From: an uncultured Candidatus Saccharibacteria bacterium
GTDB lineage: Bacteria; Patescibacteriota; Minisyncoccia; Phycocordibacterales; G965230995
Assembly: GCA_965230995.1 (NCBI GenBank)
Contig: OZ246398.1
Location: 464,213 to 528,212 of the forward strand
DNA length: 64,000 nucleotides
Direction of reading: 5' to 3'
Made by a program: the position numbers and the translations under genes. Below the pieces are notes generated by a model that was not told the DNA's origin, ran no database searches, and saw nothing but the letters and a program-made list of their open reading frames with translations. Shown piece after piece: positions 18,791 through 28,003 of this stretch (its first letter is position 1; every line of letters begins with the position of its first letter).

Positions 18791-18916
18791 ATAGGTTACA
18801 GTGTACTAAAAATCTACTAAAAATCCAGTGCCGTTTTTGAACCCAACATTTTGTAGCTGTCTCACATTGTGATAATATATGCTAATAAAAGGAAATAATG
18901 CCTAATCAAATTTTGT

Positions 18917-19993
18917 ATGTCACAGTTTTATAATGATTCAATATTTTGGATAGAAGTAGACAAAATCAAACCAAATCCATATCAGCCGAGAAAAGAATTC
19001 GATGAAGCACAGCTGAAAAGCCTCTCAGATTCTATTAGACAATATGGCGTTTTGCAGGCTCTTGTTGTAACCAGAAACGAAGTCGTAAAGCCCGATGGTG
19101 GTCTTGCTGTTGAATATGAATTGATTGCGGGAGAAAGAAGACTCAGAGCATCGAGGCTCGCAGGTCTAACGCAAGTTCCTTGTCTAATAAAAACAGGCGA
19201 AGAAAACAACCAGATGAAGCTTGAACTTGCGATTATCGAAAACTTGCAACGAGAGGATCTCAACCCTGTTGATAGAGCCAAAGCATTCAGACAGCTTGCA
19301 GATGAATTCGGAATGACTCATTTAAAGATTGCTGAAAAAGTCGGCAAAAGTAGGGAATATGTTTCTAACACATTGAGACTTCTTAATTTACCCGAAGAAT
19401 GTCTGAAGGCGCTTGCAGAAGGAAAAATATCCGAAGGTCACACTAGACCTCTTTTGATGCTTGCAGACAAACCAGCAGAACAGATGACTTTGTTTAAAGA
19501 AATTCTTTACAAGAAAATTACAGTTAGAGATGCGGAGCTTGTCGCTCGTAGGGTTGCTCATGAACGTTCTCGTAAAAAGGAATCTCTTCCAGATCCTTCA
19601 ATAATGGAATACGAAGAAAAACTTTCCGAATCTTTTGGTACTCGAGTCCATATCGAGAAAAAACCAAATGGAGGACAAATATTAATTGATTTCTTTTCAG
19701 AAGAAGATTTGCAGATGATTATGAATTTGGTAAAAACTGAAACAAAGAAATCTAAAGATGATATGATAAATAGGTTTATTGAAAATGGCGGAAAACCAAT
19801 ATCTGTTTTAAATGCCACACCAGCAGTACCTGTTGAACAAGCAATAAGTGAAATAGTTGGTTCTAAAGACTTTCCTGTAGAAACAGCAAAAGAACCTCAG
19901 GCGGATCAACCTATACTAGAAAAAAAGGAAGAACCAAAGCCAGTTAAGCGAGAGGAAGAAGAAACATTTTCTCTAGATAATTTCTCTATTTAG
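18917..19993 (+). CDS. parB: ParB/Spo0J-family partition protein with extended C-terminus
   Basis: ParB box GERRLRA…, HTH region; no adjacent parA. Confidence 0.75.
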   Translation: MSQFYNDSIFWIEVDKIKPNPYQPRKEFDEAQLKSLSDSIRQYGVLQALVVTRNEVVKPDGGLAVEYELIAGERRLRASRLAGLTQVPCLIKTGEENNQMKLELAIIENLQREDLNPVDRAKAFRQLADEFGMTHLKIAEKVGKSREYVSNTLRLLNLPEECLKALAEGKISEGHTRPLLMLADKPAEQMTLFKEILYKKITVRDAELVARRVAHERSRKKESLPDPSIMEYEEKLSESFGTRVHIEKKPNGGQILIDFFSEEDLQMIMNLVKTETKKSKDDMINRFIENGGKPISVLNATPAVPVEQAISEIVGSKDFPVETAKEPQADQPILEKKEEPKPVKREEEETFSLDNFSI

Positions 19994-21551
19994 TATCTTT
20001 TGGTTTTCTATCCGATGCTTTTTTGTGTTTTCGGGGAGGCAGGTTGTAATAGCCTCTAATGTGTCTTTGAGCAATTGCTGTCTTTGTAAAATCAAGCCAT
20101 TTTAGATTTGGTTTTTCGTTTGATCTTGTTGTTATTTCTACAATGTCGCCATTGTGTAATTTTGTAGATAGGGTGGTATATTTTCCATTTACTTTTGCAC
20201 CCACGGCCTTGTCGCCAATGTCAGAATGGATATTGTACGCAAAATCAATCGGAGTCGAATCAATAGGGAGATCAACCACGTCGCCTTTTGGAGTAAACAC
20301 AAAAATTCTCTCTTTCAAAAAATCACCTTTCAGATCTTCTTCATAGAGGTCGTTGTTTTTGTTGTGTTCTTGATATTCAACCAATTCTTTTATCCACTGT
20401 GGTGTGTGGGCAGATTTGTCGTCTGTATTTGTATCATCGCTTCTTTTTTGTAGCAAATATTTTACCCAAGCAAAACTAGTTTTTGCCTTTGTGTTTATTC
20501 TCTTTCCTTCTTTGTATGTAATATGCGATGCAATACCGTATTCACTCTCGCGATACATTTCTTCAGTTTTGATTTGGATTTCGACTATTGTTCCATCACC
20601 AGTAAAAATTGTAGTGTGAATACTTCTGTATCCGTTTGGTTTTGGAAAAGCAATGTAATCTTTTATACGTCCAGGAAGGGGTCTCCATGTACCATGAATA
20701 ATACCGAGAATTTGATAGCAATCAGACACTGTCGGCACTAAAACACGCAAGGCGTTGATGTCGTATATTTTTTCGATATCACCGTCTTTTCTCTTTAATT
20801 TTAACCAAAGACTATATAGGCCTTTGGTACGAAAGTCCATTTTGATATGAGAGTAATTATTCTCAGCTAAAGTTTTGTGTAGAGATTTTTGAAACTTATC
20901 GAGACTGTGTTCTGTGGCTTTGCTTTTTTCTTTTAATAGTTGTTTTGTCTTCGTGTATTCTTCTGGATAGACGTATGGGAAAGATAGATCCTCAAGAGAA
21001 CGAGAGAGTTTTCTAATTCCAAGCCTATATGCAATTGGGGCATATATCTGTAGTGTCTCTGTTGCGATTCTTAATTGTTTTTCTGGTCGCACGTGTTCCA
21101 GAGTCATCATGTTGTGCAATCTATCTGCAAGTTTAATAATCAATACACGAATATCCTGCGAAGTCGCGATAAAAAGCTTTCTCAGACTTTCATTATGTCT
21201 CTCTGATCCCTTGTATCTAATTTTTCCAAGTTTTGTTACACCTTCAATCAAAAAAAGTATTTCTTTGCCAAATTCTTTTTCTATAGTTTCTTTTTGTACA
21301 TTTACATCTTCTATGCAGTCATGCAAAAAACCAGCAGAAATTGTGTTTGCACCCATACCGAGAAGAGCTAAATTATATGCCGTTGCAAGCAGGTGAACAA
21401 AATATTGTTCACCAGAAAAACGTTTTTGATCTTTGTGAACCTCACGTGCAAAATCATGTGCTTTGGTAATCAAAGCAATATCGCTGTCTGTTGGTTCTTT
21501 TAATGCGAGGATAATATCCTTTAGGACAATTTCCTTCTTTAGATTCTGCAT
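19986..21551 (-). CDS. Bifunctional (p)ppGpp synthetase/hydrolase, RelA/SpoT family (HD, synthetase and TGS domains)
   Basis: HD motif, YRSIHTT synthetase motif, C-terminal TGS-like segment. Confidence 0.8.
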   Translation of the reverse strand: MQNLKKEIVLKDIILALKEPTDSDIALITKAHDFAREVHKDQKRFSGEQYFVHLLATAYNLALLGMGANTISAGFLHDCIEDVNVQKETIEKEFGKEILFLIEGVTKLGKIRYKGSERHNESLRKLFIATSQDIRVLIIKLADRLHNMMTLEHVRPEKQLRIATETLQIYAPIAYRLGIRKLSRSLEDLSFPYVYPEEYTKTKQLLKEKSKATEHSLDKFQKSLHKTLAENNYSHIKMDFRTKGLYSLWLKLKRKDGDIEKIYDINALRVLVPTVSDCYQILGIIHGTWRPLPGRIKDYIAFPKPNGYRSIHTTIFTGDGTIVEIQIKTEEMYRESEYGIASHITYKEGKRINTKAKTSFAWVKYLLQKRSDDTNTDDKSAHTPQWIKELVEYQEHNKNNDLYEEDLKGDFLKERIFVFTPKGDVVDLPIDSTPIDFAYNIHSDIGDKAVGAKVNGKYTTLSTKLHNGDIVEITTRSNEKPNLKWLDFTKTAIAQRHIRGYYNLPPRKHKKASDRKPKDTK

Positions 21552-21679
21552 AGTCTCATATTAGATAAAAAACGGGGGAGAGTAAAGAAGAAAAAACTTC
21601 GTACTCGTAACCCTCGTACGACATATCTCCGCGAGGCAAAAACAATTTGGCAAGCAAAGCAGTTTGCTTGCCTTTCATA

Positions 21680-23845
21680 CTACTTCTTTATTTTATGAGG
21701 ATTATGATTGGGACAATTTTTATTTGAGCATCTTTCCGGTATTGTTTTTGTCCCATCCATCATGAGACTATTGCATAGAGGACATATTGCACCTGTCGGT
21801 CTTGCTTTTATTGCATTCTTACAATCTGGATAATTTGAACAGCTATAAAATATTCCAAATCGGCCTTTTCTTTCTGTCATTTCGCCTTTGCCACAAACGG
21901 GGCATTTAACACCAGTTGATCTTCGTTTAACCTCGTTCGGGTCTTCTTTTATAAATTTACATTTCGGATAATTACTACAAGAAATGAATCGTCCGTATTT
22001 TCCATCTCTTTCAACCAAAACACCTTTTTCACATTCGGGGCATTTTTCCCCTGTTTCTTTTGGTCCCTCCAATTCTTTTCCTTCTATTGTCCTTGCACCG
22101 CTACATTCTGGAAAATCAGAACAGCTCATAAATTTTCCGCTTCTTCCGAGCTTGATTATCATTCCTTTGCCACATTTAGGGCACGGGAATTCAGCAGGGG
22201 CTTCTCCCATATTCGTAGCTTTCTCCATTTTTTCTTTGCTTTTGACTTCTTTTAAAAATGGTTTGTAGAAATCAGAAAGTGTTTTAACATATGTTCGCTT
22301 TCCAGTTGCGATTTCGTCTAATTCATCTTCCATTTCGGCAGTGAAAGAGTCGCTAATGTATGAAGGGAAATTGCTTTCAAGGAAAGAGCTCACAACATCT
22401 CCTGTGTCTGTTGGCACTAAAGCTCTTTGAACTTTGTCTACATAATTTCTGTCGACAAGAGTTTTTATAATAGAAGCATATGTAGAAGGGCGTCCGATTC
22501 CTCTTTTTTCCAATTCTTTTATGAGCCCAGCTTCGGAATATCTTGGGGGTGGGGTGGTTTGTTTTTCTTCTGTACTAATTGCAACAAAAGTTAGTTTTTC
22601 ACCGACAGAAACTTTTGGCAAATTCACGTCTTCGCTTTTGGCTGCGGGATCTGCAAGAAGCCATCCGGGAGAAAGAACTCTTGAACCATTTGCGACAAAA
22701 TCTGGAATCTTTCCTTCGGCGACTTGTACTTCTATTTTTGTTCTCATTACGAGAGCATTTTTCATCTGAGAAGCAACGGCTCTCATCCAAATCAATTTGT
22801 ACAATTTTTTCTGCTCTTCGGTACTTCCAGCGGACATTTTGAACATATCAGTTGGTCTGATTGCTTCGTGGGCTTCCTGAGCATTTTTACTTTTCTTGCT
22901 AAAAACGTGAGATTCAAAAAGATCTGCTCCGTAATTTTTTTCAACAACTGCTTTTATCTGTCCGATTGCTTGCGAGCTTAGATTTGTGCTGTCGGTTCGC
23001 ATATATGTTATGTGTCCGGCTTCGTATAATTTTTGTGCGAGCATCATTGTTCTAGACGGAGCGTATCCTAATCTAGAGCTGGCAGTTTGCTGTAATGTAG
23101 ATGTAATGAAAGGGGGTCTGGGTGCTCTTTTTGCTTCGCTTTCTTTTACTTTAGAAACAACCCAAGGACCTTTTTCTCCTAAGGTTACTATGGTATCTAC
23201 TTCGGATTTTTCTCTCGGTTCGATCGAACAGATTAAAGGCAAGTCAACCTTTTCGTTTGTTTTAGTAAGAGCAGAGATAGTCCAAAAAGTCTCAGGTTTG
23301 AATTCTCTGATTTCTCTTTCTCGTTCCATAATTATTCTAAGGGCGGGCGATTGAACCCTTCCAGCAGAAAGTCCATATCGAACTTTTTTCCAAATCAAAC
23401 CAGAGAGATCGTAACCAACCAATCTATCGAGAACTCTTCTTGCTTCTTGCGCTTCTTTTAGGTTGTTATCAATCTGTCTTGGATTTTTTAGTGCTTCGTT
23501 TACGGCATCTTTTGTAATTTCATGAAAAACGATTCTTTTCGGGTCTTTAAGTCCAAGGGCTTCTTTGATGTGCCATGCAATAGCTTCACCTTCTCGGTCG
23601 GGGTCGGTTGCGAGTACAACCTCTTCAGATTCTTTTGCGAGATCTTTTAATTCTTTTATTACTTTCTCTTTTCCTTTTGATATTTCGTAGTGGGGGATAA
23701 AGCCACCTTCTATATCAAGAGCTTTCTTATTGCTTTTAGGAAGATCTCGAACATGACCGACAGATGCACGGACTGTAAATTTGTGATCCAAATACTTTTC
23801 TATGGTCTTTGCTTTGGATGGTGACTCGACGATTAATAATTTCAT
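21680..23845 (-). CDS. topA: DNA topoisomerase I with C-terminal zinc ribbons
   Basis: TOPRIM N-terminus, catalytic Tyr region, repeated CPxCG zinc fingers. Confidence 0.9.
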   Translation of the reverse strand: MKLLIVESPSKAKTIEKYLDHKFTVRASVGHVRDLPKSNKKALDIEGGFIPHYEISKGKEKVIKELKDLAKESEEVVLATDPDREGEAIAWHIKEALGLKDPKRIVFHEITKDAVNEALKNPRQIDNNLKEAQEARRVLDRLVGYDLSGLIWKKVRYGLSAGRVQSPALRIIMEREREIREFKPETFWTISALTKTNEKVDLPLICSIEPREKSEVDTIVTLGEKGPWVVSKVKESEAKRAPRPPFITSTLQQTASSRLGYAPSRTMMLAQKLYEAGHITYMRTDSTNLSSQAIGQIKAVVEKNYGADLFESHVFSKKSKNAQEAHEAIRPTDMFKMSAGSTEEQKKLYKLIWMRAVASQMKNALVMRTKIEVQVAEGKIPDFVANGSRVLSPGWLLADPAAKSEDVNLPKVSVGEKLTFVAISTEEKQTTPPPRYSEAGLIKELEKRGIGRPSTYASIIKTLVDRNYVDKVQRALVPTDTGDVVSSFLESNFPSYISDSFTAEMEDELDEIATGKRTYVKTLSDFYKPFLKEVKSKEKMEKATNMGEAPAEFPCPKCGKGMIIKLGRSGKFMSCSDFPECSGARTIEGKELEGPKETGEKCPECEKGVLVERDGKYGRFISCSNYPKCKFIKEDPNEVKRRSTGVKCPVCGKGEMTERKGRFGIFYSCSNYPDCKNAIKARPTGAICPLCNSLMMDGTKTIPERCSNKNCPNHNPHKIKK

Positions 23846-23985
23846 AAATTCAATGTTTATAACTAAAAATGAAAATGGTCAAGTGTCTATGTATTTAATC
23901 TAGCTTTGCATTAAAAAAATTTTTTGGCAAGTTTATATAAAAACACAGGGTGCGCGGGAACTTCGTTCCCGCGCACCCGCACCAC

Positions 23986-24591
23986 CTAGCCCACCAGCGC
24001 AGATCGCCTCGAAAGCACTCGCTTCACGAACTCGAGATCTCCCTTGATTGTTGGGTACATCGTTGATACCGAGGCTGGGGCAATCAATGTTCCTTGCCCG
24101 TTTTCTTCGACGGGAACGAGATCCCCCACGGTCTTTGCTGTGATGGGTACGAGCCCGCACATTCGGGAGACTTGACTCAGTTCACGATGTTCAACCCTCA
24201 TTGCGTATCTGAGGTGCAGAGCTCCGTGTGGTATTTTTCCTCTTTTGAAGCCATGCTTGGAGAGCCTCTCGGCGACAGATTGTCCAAAGAGCCCTGCCGC
24301 TTCTCTGACAAGCCTGTCTCTGATCGGGTCCTTGTCGTCGTCAGCACAAAGTTTCGCATAGTTGATATCGCAGACGAGCGAAAGTTCGAGGACACCCGGA
24401 AGGTCTTTGGCTATGTAGCCACTTTTCCTCTTTCGGGAATCGAACTCGGGTCTCCTTCTCAAAAACACAATTCTTCCTTGATTCTTGTGTATGGTGAACA
24501 ACAAGAGCCTGATCGTGCCTGTCATTTTTGCCTCACTTGGTTGGTGTAGGGTGGTTGAAAGAACTTCTCCGTAATTAAACACCACTTTCAT
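23986..24591 (-). CDS. Hypothetical protein in a GC-rich islet inserted between dprA and topA
   Basis: ~200-aa ORF. The ORF-track start is a TTG at 24603; the first ATG is at ~24591. Compositionally atypical; no recognisable domain. Confidence 0.4.
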   Translation of the reverse strand: MKVVFNYGEVLSTTLHQPSEAKMTGTIRLLLFTIHKNQGRIVFLRRRPEFDSRKRKSGYIAKDLPGVLELSLVCDINYAKLCADDDKDPIRDRLVREAAGLFGQSVAERLSKHGFKRGKIPHGALHLRYAMRVEHRELSQVSRMCGLVPITAKTVGDLVPVEENGQGTLIAPASVSTMYPTIKGDLEFVKRVLSRRSALVG

Positions 24592-24599
24592 TTTCAAAG

Positions 24600-25460
24600 T
24601 CAAATTTTTTGTATCAAACCTATTCTTTCTTCTATTGCTCCGTTTATTTCAAGTGACATCAAAATTGCTTGTGTTTCGCTTGCTCCGAATGGTGATAATC
24701 TCAAAATTTCATTTCTTGAAATAGGTGTAGAAATCATAGAAAGTATTTTTTCTTCTTCAGCAGTTAGATTAAATTTAATTTTTATTTGTTCTTTATTTTC
24801 TGAAACAAGACCGAGCGCCTCTAAAATATCTTCCGATTTTGTTATTGGTGTAGCTCCGAGCCGAATCAACATATGTGGTCCAGAAGAATTCGGTGAAAAA
24901 ATTGAACCAGGCACGGTATAAACATCTCTGTTGTAATCTGTTGCTAATCTAGACGTGATTAATGTTCCAGATTTTTCTTCGGCCTCGATCACTAAAACTG
25001 CATTAGAGAAACCTGCCATAATTCTGTTTCTTTGTGGAAATGTCCATGGCAGGGCTTTTTGCATTGGTTCAAATTCAGAAAAAAGCCCTCCTCCATTTTT
25101 TATTATTTCATCTACAAGACCTCTGTTATTTCTCGGGTAAATAACTTTTGGATCGAGCCCTGACCCTGGAATTGCAATAGTTTGCAAACCAGATTGTATT
25201 GCACTTTTATGTGCGATTGTGTCTATACCGATAGCCAAGCCAGAAACTATTGTAATAGGGAATCCACGCAAACCAGAAATTAGTTTTTCGCAAACTTCTT
25301 TTCCATACGGGCTGTATTTTCTCGAACCGACAACACATAACCGCTTGTTTTCCAATATTGGTTTTGTTCCGACATAATAGAGGTTCTTAGGAGGTTCGGT
25401 TATTTCGAATAACTCTTCTGGTAATTCTTCTTTTGTAATGTTTTCAATTCGATATGACAT
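24600..25460 (-). CDS. dprA: DNA processing protein DprA (Smf)
   Basis: DprA Rossmann-like core (…VVGSRKYSPYG…IVSGLAIGID…). The track start (25526) overlaps the next gene's 5' end; the internal Met MSYRIENI is the more plausible start. Confidence 0.7.
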   Translation of the reverse strand: MSYRIENITKEELPEELFEITEPPKNLYYVGTKPILENKRLCVVGSRKYSPYGKEVCEKLISGLRGFPITIVSGLAIGIDTIAHKSAIQSGLQTIAIPGSGLDPKVIYPRNNRGLVDEIIKNGGGLFSEFEPMQKALPWTFPQRNRIMAGFSNAVLVIEAEEKSGTLITSRLATDYNRDVYTVPGSIFSPNSSGPHMLIRLGATPITKSEDILEALGLVSENKEQIKIKFNLTAEEEKILSMISTPISRNEILRLSPFGASETQAILMSLEINGAIEERIGLIQKI

Positions 25461-25510
25461 AATATGAGATGATCGATTTTTGCTATATAATATCACAATA
25501 AGAAAACAAT

Positions 25511-26761
25511 ATGCTTGATATTGCATTTATACGTGAACATAAAGACATCGTTGAAAACGCCGTAAAACAAAAAGGTATCAAATTATCTGTCCCGCTTTCC
25601 GAATTGATAGAGCTTTCTCAAAAGAGAAAAGATATTTCACAAAAAATTAGCGACGCCAAGGAATCTCTCGCACTAATCTCTGCAAACGACCCATCGCAGA
25701 AAAAGTCTATGATAGAAAAACTTATTTCTGATTTAACTGCCGAGCTCTCAGAAATAGACAAAAGATATATCAAGGGAATGATGGATGTTCCAAATATAAT
25801 TTCTCCCGATACACCTATGGGGGACAAAAATGTTTCTCCTAGATTAATCAGGACAAACGGCGAAAAGAAAGCAAAAATAGAAAAAAGCGGAAAAGAAATC
25901 GCTTCCTTGGTAGGACTCTCGGATGAATCGATTCTAAAAAATGTTTCTTCTAATGGATTGGTCAGAAAATATGATTATATACTTTTGAGGAATTCTTTAT
26001 TTGCTTTCATTAGCGAAAAGCTTTCATCTGGAGAATTTATTGATTCTGTTATCAAAAAAAGTGGTTATGATATTAACCCTAGAAATTTTGAAACAATAGA
26101 AATTTTTCCATTTGCGAAAAAAGTCGTGTTAAAGAGAACTGCCTACGAATCAGATAATAAAAAGATATCTACAGAAGAAGAAAATCTTGTGGATACAGAT
26201 GCGATCTCCCCAGCAATTTTAATGGACAACACCCTCGAAGAAGATGAATTGCCACAGAGATATGTTTTGTCACTTCAATCTGGAATATTAGAAAAAGACA
26301 AACAAAATTTTTCATTGCAGGAACAAAATATTGAACTTAGGTCTTTTAGTCTACCGGAATATTCTATCCAAGAGCATGAATTTTTAGCACATAACGTAGA
26401 AAATATTTTATCTTTACTCGGACTTTCTTGTGAAGTAAAACTTATGCCAGCACACAGTTTGTCTTTGGCGCAAAACAGAGCCATATCAATCGCTGTTTGG
26501 TCGCCTAATTCAGAGAAATATATCGATGTATGTGATGTCGGATTAACTACCAGTTTTGAATCGAGAAGACTTGCCACAAGAGTCCGCCGTGTGGACGGGG
26601 GCAATGATCTCGTACATCAATGCAACGCACAAATTAAAATAGAAAAAATATTATTTTTGCTTTGCGAATATTTTGCAGATGAAAAGTTTTCTCTGATAAA
26701 AATTCCGGACGTATTAAAAAAATATATGTATGGAAGAGAAATGATAAACAAAGCAGTCTAA
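25511..26761 (+). CDS. Seryl-tRNA synthetase-like protein with degenerate class-II motifs 2 and 3 (pseudo-SerRS)
   Basis: N-terminal SerRS coiled-coil start MLDIAFIREH… and C-terminus …LVHQCNAQ…IPDVLKKYM align with SerRS. Motif-2 FRSEAG is replaced by LQSGIL and motif-3 GSGLAVGR by NAQIKIEK. Confidence 0.6.
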   Translation: MLDIAFIREHKDIVENAVKQKGIKLSVPLSELIELSQKRKDISQKISDAKESLALISANDPSQKKSMIEKLISDLTAELSEIDKRYIKGMMDVPNIISPDTPMGDKNVSPRLIRTNGEKKAKIEKSGKEIASLVGLSDESILKNVSSNGLVRKYDYILLRNSLFAFISEKLSSGEFIDSVIKKSGYDINPRNFETIEIFPFAKKVVLKRTAYESDNKKISTEEENLVDTDAISPAILMDNTLEEDELPQRYVLSLQSGILEKDKQNFSLQEQNIELRSFSLPEYSIQEHEFLAHNVENILSLLGLSCEVKLMPAHSLSLAQNRAISIAVWSPNSEKYIDVCDVGLTTSFESRRLATRVRRVDGGNDLVHQCNAQIKIEKILFLLCEYFADEKFSLIKIPDVLKKYMYGREMINKAV

Positions 26762-26765
26762 TATT

Positions 26766-27599
26766 ATGCAACCGACAATACAGTCAAAAAAAAGCAAGAA
26801 CGCTGAAAACAGGAGACGAAGAAAAAAGATATTTTTTTGGTTTTTGGTTCTCTGTGTTTTGGCTTTTGTTGCGATCATAATTTTTGCTCTGAAAACACCA
26901 AAACTTTCAATTTCTGATATTTCTGTATCCGGAATAGAAACAATGCAAGCTGATTCTATTATTTCACAGGCTAGGAAAACTATATCTGGAAAATATCTTT
27001 TCTTTTTTCCCAAAGACAATGTAATTGTCTATCCAGATAAAAAAATAATAGAAAATATTCTTTCTTTAGACAGCAGAATAATGGAGGCTTCGGTTTCTGT
27101 TGATAGAAAGAGAGTTTTACATATAAGCATAAAAGAATACACGCCATTTTTTGCGTGGTGTCATAGCCAAAAATGTTTCTATACAGATGAGAGCGGGTAC
27201 ATTTTTAGAGCAATTGATTACGACCCAAAAAACTTTTTTATAGTTTTCCGCAACGGGGCAAACAAAGACAATCCAATCGGTTCTTATTGGGCTGATGGTG
27301 ATATGGAAAATATCAAAGATATGATCGAATTTTTCAAGGTTATAGAAATGCCAGTAAAAGAAATATCTTTTATGGGTAATTCTGATTATTATTTCTATAT
27401 TGAAAATGGCACAGAATTTCGTGTTGATTTTGACGGATCAATAGAAACTACTCAAAGCTATTTAGATATATTTATTACACAGAATCTGGATTTCATTAAA
27501 AATTCTGATTTCGAATATGTCGATGCTCGTTTTGGAAAAAAGATTTATTACAAAGAAAAACAGGGTGGGGAAAAGTCTAATACAGAAAGTTCTATTTAG
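26766..27599 (+). CDS. FtsQ/DivIB-like cell-division protein (TM plus POTRA)
   Basis: Basic N-terminus, TM helix, POTRA-like VDRKRVLHISIKEYTPFFAW. Confidence 0.45.
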   Translation: MQPTIQSKKSKNAENRRRRKKIFFWFLVLCVLAFVAIIIFALKTPKLSISDISVSGIETMQADSIISQARKTISGKYLFFFPKDNVIVYPDKKIIENILSLDSRIMEASVSVDRKRVLHISIKEYTPFFAWCHSQKCFYTDESGYIFRAIDYDPKNFFIVFRNGANKDNPIGSYWADGDMENIKDMIEFFKVIEMPVKEISFMGNSDYYFYIENGTEFRVDFDGSIETTQSYLDIFITQNLDFIKNSDFEYVDARFGKKIYYKEKQGGEKSNTESSI

Positions 27600-27616
27600 G
27601 ATATAATATATAGGCA

Positions 27617-28003
27617 ATGAATTTCCTTAGCGTTCTTTTTCTATATATATGGTGGCACTACACAACTGCCATAAAAGATGGTTTTGAAATATGGAAAAAA
27701 TTCGTTTGGTTTGTGTTCAATTTTTTCTCGGTACCGCTTTTAACGCGAACTTTTTTTTATAGGTTTGAGAGACTAGGCGAGAATTACAAAAAAGGATTTT
27801 CTATCACTGACAATCTTTCTGCATTTGTAGTAAATACAATGATGCGTTTGGTGGGAATGACCCTCCGTTCGATTATCATAATCGTCGGTCTTGTTGCTAC
27901 ATTTTTGGCTTGTGTCTTTGGTGTCATTGTCTTGATTCTCTGGATAATTTATCCATTACTTTTTGTCACAGCAATTATAATTGGAATAGCAAAAATTATA
28001 TGA
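27617..28003 (+). CDS. Small multi-TM membrane protein, hypothetical
   Basis: 128 aa, hydrophobic helices. Confidence 0.35.
   Translation: MNFLSVLFLYIWWHYTTAIKDGFEIWKKFVWFVFNFFSVPLLTRTFFYRFERLGENYKKGFSITDNLSAFVVNTMMRLVGMTLRSIIIIVGLVATFLACVFGVIVLILWIIYPLLFVTAIIIGIAKII

Noticed and set aside
25460-25526. Divergent overlap of dprA and the SerRS-like gene 5' ends as a real feature
   Set aside because: More simply explained by the ORF track choosing the most upstream start for dprA. An internal Met (MSYRIENI) gives a normal divergent arrangement.
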